A DNA stretch of 64,000 nt from IMG/VR virus record IMGVR_UViG_3300009785_000018. One strand, written 5' to 3'. Shown piece by piece: positions 56,922-64,000 of the stretch. A program made the position numbers and the translations under genes. The DNA comes from an uncultured virus (IMG/VR IMGVR_UViG_3300009785_000018) (taxonomy: Duplodnaviria > Heunggongvirae > Uroviricota > Caudoviricetes). The notes below the pieces were generated by a model. That model saw nothing but the letters and a program-made list of their open reading frames with translations. It was not told where the DNA came from and did not search any database. Numbering within the stretch: position 1 is the first letter of the stretch; the number at the start of each line of letters is the position of its first letter.

Positions 56922-57320
56922 ATGCCCTTATATACCTACATAAATCCATCAGACTCGGAAGATATTGCTGAGATCATTCAGTCAATGACTGAAACTCACG
57001 AATATATTAAAGATGGTGTAAAATGGGAAAGAGTGTGGGAAAAGCCCAAGTTTAATAGACAGGGTTCTTCTAAGATAGATGCATTTGATAAAAAAAGATT
57101 TATTGACAAAACGGGAAAAATGAAAGGAAGTTACGGGGATGTTCTTGATTATTCTAAAGAACTGAGCGAAGAGAGAAAGTCTAAAATGGGTTATGACCCC
57201 GAACAAAAAAAGTTTTTTAAAGGCTTCGAAAAAGAAAAAGGATACAAACACCATAAAGATAGGGTCGACAATGTCGAAAATGATTTTATAAAATTTGAAG
57301 ATCTTACCGATGATAATTAA
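56922..57320 (+). CDS. FmdB-like regulatory protein (Cys-less)
   Basis: MPLYTY...IQSM...H...W.RV...P. Confidence 0.6.
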   Translation: MPLYTYINPSDSEDIAEIIQSMTETHEYIKDGVKWERVWEKPKFNRQGSSKIDAFDKKRFIDKTGKMKGSYGDVLDYSKELSEERKSKMGYDPEQKKFFKGFEKEKGYKHHKDRVDNVENDFIKFEDLTDDN

Positions 57321-57435
57321 TTCAAAAATGTTTAAATTATTATCACAAAACAGTTGATAAACTGTAATATATATAGTACAAATAAATTTAATATATTCCA
57401 ATTCTGGAATATCTAACACAAAAAAAACATAAATT

Positions 57436-58104
57436 ATGGGACTAAATAGAAACACAAATAGTGGGAAATTTCTCGGCGTAACAAACGGCAGAATTTCCCT
57501 TCGCGTTCCTGAGGGAACAGACGGAGCTAAAGAACGTAAGATCACTCAAGGCAAAAACGAAGGTAAAAGCGTATATGAGGTTTTCTTCAATAGCGTAGAT
57601 GGATACATTATCGGAGGAGAGGTCAAACGTAAGGAAGTCGGAGGACTGGTTATTGAATCAATCGTCATTAAGTTTAAAGACGGTGATGAGATTTTTAATC
57701 TTAATCTTCCTTGGAACTCCTCTCTTAGGGATTCTTTTTGCAAATCGGCTCCTAATATCAATATTGAAAAATCTGTAGAAGTTACTATCTTCCCTTCAAC
57801 TCGTAAGGGTGAGGAGGGCAAACCAGTAATGATCATTGAGCAACAAGGAGAGCGAGTTAGTTGGCATTATACAAGAGAGAATCCCAATGGATTGCCTCAG
57901 CCTGCAAAGAAAACCGTAAAAGGAAAAGAAGCTTGGGATTTCTCAGAAGTGGAAGACTTTTTATGGGGTAAGACGGAAGAATTCTTTGAACAATTTGAAG
58001 GAGATGAAAAGCCATCTTATCAAGAATCTTCTGAAGATAAGGAAGAGTTTGCTTCTGTTGAAGAGGATAAATCTTCTGATGTAGACGAAGATCTTCCGTT
58101 TTAA
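57436..58104 (+). CDS. putative single-stranded DNA-binding protein
   Basis: Beta-rich body, acidic tail ending DEDLPF, own terminator. Confidence 0.6.
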   Translation: MGLNRNTNSGKFLGVTNGRISLRVPEGTDGAKERKITQGKNEGKSVYEVFFNSVDGYIIGGEVKRKEVGGLVIESIVIKFKDGDEIFNLNLPWNSSLRDSFCKSAPNINIEKSVEVTIFPSTRKGEEGKPVMIIEQQGERVSWHYTRENPNGLPQPAKKTVKGKEAWDFSEVEDFLWGKTEEFFEQFEGDEKPSYQESSEDKEEFASVEEDKSSDVDEDLPF

Positions 58105-58126
58105 ATTATCAAGACAATTTAATTTC

Positions 58127-58154
58127 AATCCCGTCAGAAATGGCGGGATTTTTT
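58127..58154 (+). terminator. intrinsic terminator
   Basis: AATCCCGTCA-GAAA-TGGCGGGATT followed by T run. Confidence 0.85.
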
Positions 58155-58188
58155 ATTGTATTTTCACTCTGTTTTGTTATATTAGTAT

Positions 58189-60108
58189 ATGTCTAAAAAA
58201 ATCTTATGGATTAGCAATGCCCTGTGGCTTAAAACAGGTCTTAGCAGAAACACAAAAGCGCTTTTAAAAGAGTGGTATGGTAAATATGAAATAATTCACT
58301 TATGTCAAGGTACCTTAGAGGGAGATCCTAAGTTAGAAATGTATCCTTGGAAAAGCTTGCCCTCACTTTCTAAAAACCCACAAGAACAACATAGATATAA
58401 TCAGGACCCTCATTATGGTAGATTAGCTGCTTACGGCGCAACAAATGTAGAAAGTGCGATAAAGGAACATAAGCCAGATATTGTGTGTATATCTGATGAC
58501 TTATGGGCGGCACCCCTAGATTATTACACAAATAAAGAATGGTCTAAAGAAGTTAATTTAATTTCTCACATAACTTTTGATTCTTTGGCCTTACTTCCAG
58601 AATCTTTTGAACTTGCTAAAAACTGTCATATTTATTCTTGGTCACCCTTTGGAGAAAAAGCTTTAAAAGAAGGTTTGTCAAAAAAAGAAGTTGAGACGGA
58701 TTATAATATTGGTACTATTCCAGCGGCAATTGAGGTAGATAAATATGAGCCAATATCTGATACCGAAAAAAGAGATCTGCGCAATAAATTTGGAATTCCT
58801 CAAGACGACATTTTGATTAATTTTGTTGGCAGGAATCAATTAAGAAAAAAATTCGATACTCTTCTTAAATCTCTGGCCTCCTACAAAAAACAGTATCCAG
58901 GAGGCAAAAGGGTGAGATTAGCAATTCATACTTCTTGGACAGAGGGCTGGCCTTTGGCTAGACTTATTGAAGAAAACGGATTAGAAATGTCAGATGTTTT
59001 AACAACTTACGTCTGTAATAACTGTAAACAATTTGAAATTAAACCATATAGCGGTGAACAACAAGATTGTAGATTTTGCAACAGTAAAAAATCCCAAGAT
59101 TCAGCATCTATAAGTAATGGGGTTAGTGATGACGAAATGAAATATATCTATGGTATTAGTGATTGTGCTCTCAGTGTTTACACTTCTGGAGGTTTTGAAT
59201 ATCATTGTGCAGAAAGCATGTTAAACGCTTTGCCTTTGGCAACTATAGGTTACTCTTGCGGCTCAACATATTTAGAGTGCCCACAGGTAACAGAAATAAA
59301 ATACGTAGAGACATCTGAGTGTAACAGTGGTTTTATCAAGGCTGAACCTTCGGTTCAAGATTGTGTTAAGTTTATACGAAAGATCGAACAGATGGAGAAA
59401 TCTAAAAGGAAGAAGATAGGAGAAAAGGGCCGGGAGTGGGCACTTAAAAAGTTTGACTCAAAAGTGGTTGCTAAACAGTGGTCAAATATCTTTGATAGTA
59501 TGCCAGAAGTAGATTATTCTAAGATTAAATTTGATAATAATAGAAAACAAAATCCTTCTTTTATACCCGATAGATCTTTAGATAAAGAAATATTTATAAA
59601 AAGTCTTTACTCTGGGTTTTTAGACACGCAGCACCCAGACAACCAAGGAATGAAGCACTGGATTGATAGGCTATCAAACGGAGAGTCTAAAGAGAGTATT
59701 ATTTCAATCTTCCAACAAATATCCTCCAAAGAAGCTCAAACGAAAGAAACAAATTTTGAAGATTCACTTCTTAACAACGGAAAAGAAGATTTATTCTTTG
59801 TAATTAAAGAATCTCTTGGAGATTGCATTATTTGCTTGTCATTACTTAAATCTTGCCGAAATTCTTATCCAGATCACAATATTAACATAGTTACAGAACC
59901 TAAATATTTTAATGTATTTAAGGGCTGTGCTTTTGTTGATAATATGGTTCCCTTTAATCCCCTACTAGAACAAGAAATGTATGTAATCGGTGCCAGTAAA
60001 GAAAAAGGCTTTGGGGTTTTTGTTATGCCTGCTGTTGGCAGTCAAAAACATCTAAATTACCTAAGCAACAATAGTCCAGAAATGCTGGCCGAACCTAATT
60101 TCAAATAA
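58189..60108 (+). CDS. multidomain glycosyltransferase (GT4 + Zn ribbon + DUF4214-like + GT9-like N-domain)
   Basis: VGRNQ.RK, CNNC...CRFC, SGGFE...AE, FI..LY...L...PD..G..HW, SLGD. Confidence 0.75.
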   Translation: MSKKILWISNALWLKTGLSRNTKALLKEWYGKYEIIHLCQGTLEGDPKLEMYPWKSLPSLSKNPQEQHRYNQDPHYGRLAAYGATNVESAIKEHKPDIVCISDDLWAAPLDYYTNKEWSKEVNLISHITFDSLALLPESFELAKNCHIYSWSPFGEKALKEGLSKKEVETDYNIGTIPAAIEVDKYEPISDTEKRDLRNKFGIPQDDILINFVGRNQLRKKFDTLLKSLASYKKQYPGGKRVRLAIHTSWTEGWPLARLIEENGLEMSDVLTTYVCNNCKQFEIKPYSGEQQDCRFCNSKKSQDSASISNGVSDDEMKYIYGISDCALSVYTSGGFEYHCAESMLNALPLATIGYSCGSTYLECPQVTEIKYVETSECNSGFIKAEPSVQDCVKFIRKIEQMEKSKRKKIGEKGREWALKKFDSKVVAKQWSNIFDSMPEVDYSKIKFDNNRKQNPSFIPDRSLDKEIFIKSLYSGFLDTQHPDNQGMKHWIDRLSNGESKESIISIFQQISSKEAQTKETNFEDSLLNNGKEDLFFVIKESLGDCIICLSLLKSCRNSYPDHNINIVTEPKYFNVFKGCAFVDNMVPFNPLLEQEMYVIGASKEKGFGVFVMPAVGSQKHLNYLSNNSPEMLAEPNFK

Positions 60109-60170
60109 AACAACATTAATTAAAAAATGAAATATATTTCCCATCTAATTCAAAAAAATATTATACTAGT

Positions 60171-61310
60171 ATGAATCTTTTAGAAAGATATTCACTCTCG
60201 ACTGGGTTTAAAATCAACAAGCTAGCTCCAAGTGAAGATTTTTATCCAGTCCCTTCTAAATATATTACAATCCAAACCTCGTCTGGGATGGAAAGTAAAA
60301 ACTATGATTATTATAGCGATGTTCTTGATATCATAGCTCCCAAACTAAAAGAAATGGGCTATGAGATTTTACACATTGGTCTTGATTGTAATGAGTATCC
60401 TCACTGCATAAATTTGATTAACAAGCTTAACATTAACCAAACATTCTATGTATTGCGAAATTCTAAACTGCATGTTGGAAATGATAGTTTTGCTGTTCAT
60501 CACGCAGGACTATACGATATTCCAACTGTTGCTCTTTACGGTCCAACGACTCCTGTTAATCACGGACCTTACTTTAGAAAAAATGCTAAACTAATTGAAT
60601 CACACAGAGATGGTAAAAATCCTTCATTTTTGCCCCAAGAATCACCTAAGACTATTAATTATATAAAACCAGAAGAAGTGATTAATTCTATCTTTAATCA
60701 CTTGGATATAGATCCGATAAAGTCAGAGACTATTTTTATCGGCTCTGCTTATGGAAATCAGGTAATCGAAGTAATCCCCAACGTAGTGGTCAATCCCAAT
60801 GCTCTTCAAGGGAAAATGCCAATAATGAGATGCGACTATGAGTATGATGAAAAATTTGTCTGTGAAAATTTGTCAAGATGTAAGTATTCAGTTGTTACTG
60901 ATAAAGAAACTCCTTTAAATTTATATCAACAATTTAAAAATAATATTCATGAAATCAGCTTTAAGGTTGACATGAACTCCGATATAGTATATATTAAGAA
61001 TTTACGTAAAATTGGGCTCCCAGTTCGCCTATGGTCAGATGATAAAGAAAATATTAAAGACATTAGATTCAGGTTTTTGGACATTGATATGGTTTATATG
61101 AACAAGTATGAAGAATGTAGTGTTGAAATTCCAGAAGGAGCTAAATATAAAAGCCATAAATATATTCTTAGTGACGGAAAAGTTTATATAAGCAAGGAAG
61201 ATTGGAAAAATGATCGCTCGTTAAAAAATCCAGAAGAAAATATTTTAGAAATTAAAGAAAAAAGTCTTGACTTTCTTAAAGAAATACAGCATTTTAGAAT
61301 CATATGTTAA
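60171..61310 (+). CDS. GT9-like (heptosyltransferase-like) glycosyltransferase
   Basis: K.YDY, H.G.DSF..H.A...PTVALYGPT, I.PEEV. Confidence 0.8.
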   Translation: MNLLERYSLSTGFKINKLAPSEDFYPVPSKYITIQTSSGMESKNYDYYSDVLDIIAPKLKEMGYEILHIGLDCNEYPHCINLINKLNINQTFYVLRNSKLHVGNDSFAVHHAGLYDIPTVALYGPTTPVNHGPYFRKNAKLIESHRDGKNPSFLPQESPKTINYIKPEEVINSIFNHLDIDPIKSETIFIGSAYGNQVIEVIPNVVVNPNALQGKMPIMRCDYEYDEKFVCENLSRCKYSVVTDKETPLNLYQQFKNNIHEISFKVDMNSDIVYIKNLRKIGLPVRLWSDDKENIKDIRFRFLDIDMVYMNKYEECSVEIPEGAKYKSHKYILSDGKVYISKEDWKNDRSLKNPEENILEIKEKSLDFLKEIQHFRIIC

Positions 61311-61468
61311 TTCAAATTGAATATTGCCAGACAGATCAGGCTTTTTTTTGTCTGTTTCGAGAAAAAACTTTCTGGGGAAACTCTGAAGCAGAATTGCTAC
61401 TTGAATTAGCAAAATTTCTAGACCCAAAGGTCTTTTTAAAATAAAAACTCCTAACTTAATAAACAATT

Positions 61469-61789
61469 ATGCAATCATCAATATTAAAAAACTCTGAAGA
61501 TTTCGAGAAGCTAAAAGAGATGCTTATTCAAGACGCTGAAAGCAGTAATATGAATGCTGGTTTTTTTGACGAAGAACCAGAAGACTATCCTTGTTTGGTA
61601 AAAATCAGAGAACTCAATCATCACGTATTGGATTTACAGATTGATGAAACCGACGACGAAACCGACGACGAAACTGAACCAAATAATATGGAAGAAATGA
61701 TTAACGATGGGCTCGAAGATATGAGTGGCTATTATTATGAATTTCATTTCTTAACACAAAAAGAAATCAAACAATTATTAGACGCTTAA
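61469..61789 (+). CDS. acidic hypothetical protein
   Basis: 106 aa with an internal 12-bp tandem repeat (DETD). Confidence 0.65.
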   Translation: MQSSILKNSEDFEKLKEMLIQDAESSNMNAGFFDEEPEDYPCLVKIRELNHHVLDLQIDETDDETDDETEPNNMEEMINDGLEDMSGYYYEFHFLTQKEIKQLLDA

Positions 61790-61790
61790 A

Positions 61791-62645
61791 ATGCCAAAAA
61801 AGAAAAAAGAATATTACGATCTTAAAAGATATATAAAGGAATCTGGAGTCGGGAATGTGATTCCTCTGGCCAATGATATTTATGAAACTTGGCTCAAAGA
61901 CAATACTAAAGACATTATTGAATTAGCTTCTACAAGCATAAAAAATTCTCCATCATCTGAAACAGAAATTATGAGTGAAAAAACAAAACATAAAGCAACT
62001 TCCACACCTTCGATCAATATTACCAAATTTGATTGGGAAAAATATCTAGATGAAAATCCTAAATTTAAGGGCAAAGACGAAAAGTCGGGAGTAGAAGTTC
62101 TGTTGTTGCAATTTTTTAAAGATTTGCTCCACAAAGAGGGCTTTACCTCTATTAGGTATGTTCCCCTAGGAGCCGCCGATCAAGGCTACTGTGGGCTCTC
62201 CTGTGAGATCCTATGGCAGAATGGGCAACTGACCTCTGGCATTGCAGACACCCATTTTAATAATTGCAAAAGCTTTACAAAATACTATCTCGCCGCAATG
62301 AGTGAAAATCGATCTTTCATTCGTGCGGTAAAAGCTTATTTTAACATACCCTATCTTGGCAAAGATGAAATTGGTGATGCACCAAAAGAAGATGAACCCA
62401 AGCGAGGAAAGGATGCTCCAACTGGACCCGATGTAACTCTAAAAAATAAGGTTAAGTCTATTCTTAAAATTTCAGAATTTGATAGTTTTAAAACTTTTCT
62501 ACGGAAACAGGTTAAAGAAAATAAAGAAACCGCTTGGCTTAAAGAGGATGAATATTCTGATTGGGCAAGCTATTCCGACTGGCACGAGATTAATAAGAAA
62601 AAAATACTTGAGTTAGTTGGGTTGATCAATCAATACAAGAGATGA
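61791..62645 (+). CDS. putative Rad52/Sak-like ssDNA-annealing protein
   Basis: A.D......Y..AM.ENR.F.RAV...NI..LG.DE. Confidence 0.45.
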   Translation: MPKKKKEYYDLKRYIKESGVGNVIPLANDIYETWLKDNTKDIIELASTSIKNSPSSETEIMSEKTKHKATSTPSINITKFDWEKYLDENPKFKGKDEKSGVEVLLLQFFKDLLHKEGFTSIRYVPLGAADQGYCGLSCEILWQNGQLTSGIADTHFNNCKSFTKYYLAAMSENRSFIRAVKAYFNIPYLGKDEIGDAPKEDEPKRGKDAPTGPDVTLKNKVKSILKISEFDSFKTFLRKQVKENKETAWLKEDEYSDWASYSDWHEINKKKILELVGLINQYKR

Positions 62646-62965
62646 TGCTAGAAATCATAAACTTAAGTTGCTTAAACTTTTTAATACTTTCTGCCTTCTT
62701 TTTAACAGACTTCAAGGTACATATTGTAAATACCATTTTTAGAAAAGACTTTGAAAGTGTAAGTCAAGCCGAGAATTATATTTTTCTTCATAAGGATATC
62801 AGAATATTATGGTCTGACTTCACATTATCTGGACTAATAAGGTGTCCAATTTGTTTTAATATTTGGGTTTCATTTTTTGTTAGCCTTATAGGACTCAATA
62901 TCATATATTTCCCAATAATATTCTTCATCTCGATTATGAGCTTTAAAATATTTAATAAAAAATGA
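62642..62965 (+). CDS. membrane protein with CPxC (DUF1360-like)
   Basis: LI.CPICF..W plus TM segments. Confidence 0.55.
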   Translation: MMLEIINLSCLNFLILSAFFLTDFKVHIVNTIFRKDFESVSQAENYIFLHKDIRILWSDFTLSGLIRCPICFNIWVSFFVSLIGLNIIYFPIIFFISIMSFKIFNKK

Positions 62966-63222
62966 AATGTAAAATAACGAACACCTCAATAATCTTATTA
63001 ATTGTAATCTCATTCGCTGTTGCCTGTTTTAATACAACCAATGGAATCTTTTTTGCAGTATTTACAAATACGATATTAAATTATATTAGCTTTTTAAGAC
63101 AAAAACCAATAAAAACGAAAGCAAAGAAACGAAAAATTTTAACTGTGGATGAATTTCGTCAAAAAGAAATCGAGGCTAATCCCCACCGCCCTTATCCATA
63201 TGCCGACGAATTTACAGACTAA
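62962..63222 (+). CDS. membrane protein
   Basis: Two TM segments and a basic tail. Confidence 0.55.
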   Translation: MKCKITNTSIILLIVISFAVACFNTTNGIFFAVFTNTILNYISFLRQKPIKTKAKKRKILTVDEFRQKEIEANPHRPYPYADEFTD

Positions 63223-63605
63223 TGAAAAAAGATAATAAATGTTGCGTATGTTCTACCAAGTATGGTTCAATGACCTTTTGGAAGAATAAAGATTTCTGGC
63301 AAACGATGCTCATGTATGCATGTGGTGTAGTTATGCTATTGCTTATGTTAACTCACTGCGGAAAAACAATGTAATATGAATATAGGAAAATATTGTTTAG
63401 ACATAACCGAGTTTGAATCACGTCCGTGGTTTAGAGTGGAGATTGAATATGAAGGAGAAGATGAGGAAAAGGGGTATGCTTACGTCCACCGTGGCTGGTT
63501 GTGGTTTGTGATATCACGTAGAGAGGGCTTTGGCTGGTAAGAGTCCCAATAAAAAACAAATCAAGGCGTTGACGACGACAATAAAATTTTTTAAAGTATA
63601 AACAA

Positions 63606-64000
63606 ATGGAAAAAATAGTATTAGTAACTGGTGGATTTGATCCACTTCATTCTGGTCACCTTGCTTATTTAAAAGAGGCAAGGAAACTTGGGGACAAACT
63701 TATCGTTGGAATAAATTCTGACGATTGGCTGACTCGAAAAAAAGGTAAAAGCTTCTTGCCAGAAAAAGAACGGCACGAAATATTATCTGCGATTAGATAT
63801 GTAGATGGTTGCATCTTGTTTAACGATAGTGATGACACGGCTATTGAAGCTATTAAAAATGTTAAAATGTTATTTCCATTTGCTCAGATAATTTTTGCTA
63901 ATGGTGGCGACAGGTCAACCGACAATATTCCAGAATTTGGAGATGACTTGTTTTTCGATGATGTCGAATTTGTGTTTGGTGTCGGCGGTGAAGATAAAAA
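63606..64000 (+). CDS. cytidylyl/adenylyltransferase (HIGH family), runs off window end
   Basis: Manual translation MEKIVLVTGGFDPLHSGH...GINSD.WL.RKKG...FANGGDR...GVGGEDK. Confidence 0.9.
   Translation, partial: MEKIVLVTGGFDPLHSGHLAYLKEARKLGDKLIVGINSDDWLTRKKGKSFLPEKERHEILSAIRYVDGCILFNDSDDTAIEAIKNVKMLFPFAQIIFANGGDRSTDNIPEFGDDLFFDDVEFVFGVGGEDK

Noticed and set aside
56982..57836. Long minus-strand ORFs (187 aa and 96 aa) and similar antisense ORFs across the window
   Set aside because: Shadow ORFs opposite well-supported genes
61642..61678. 12-bp tandem repeat GACGAAACCGAC
   Set aside because: In-frame low-complexity acidic linker (DETD) within a CDS, not an array
1..64000. Stop-codon reassignment, introns or inteins
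   Set aside because: Core genes (dnaE, nrdA, nrdB, dnaB, recA) are intact in the standard code, with no insertions seen; no suppressor tRNA

Overview
This window is part of a large, AT-rich (roughly 30% GC by eye) lytic dsDNA bacteriophage genome in the standard genetic code; the host cannot be identified from the sequence. Positions 1-21.5 kb form a minus-strand early/accessory region of about 60 small ORFs, many with their own TTGAC(A/T)-N16-YANNNT promoter 5-8 nt before the ATG, which predicts leaderless mRNAs. It also holds three tRNAs (Glu, Lys, Arg), a 69-nt RNA consisting only of the tRNA-like domain of tmRNA, a promoter-driven structured ncRNA with Shine-Dalgarno boxes complementary to the 16S 3' end, and a 1.1-kb very AT-rich tract. 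Positions 21.5-53.2 kb (minus strand) encode replication and recombination genes (split DnaE, DnaQ-like exonuclease, primase, DnaB, RecA, RecB/Cas4-like nuclease, UvrD-like helicase), NrdAB, ADP-heptose enzymes (HldA/HldC/HldD-like), Gmd, glycosyltransferases and an aminoacyl-tRNA-protein transferase. A candidate iteron origin lies next to the strand switch at about 52.4-53.25 kb. Positions 53.26-64 kb (plus strand) encode a sigma factor, dUTPase, an SSB-like protein, more GT4/GT9 glycosyltransferases and a cytidylyltransferase. The most novel candidate is a translation-takeover system: leaderless phage mRNAs, an SD-decoy RNA and a TLD-only tmRNA mimic. All family assignments come from motif recognition by eye, not database searches.
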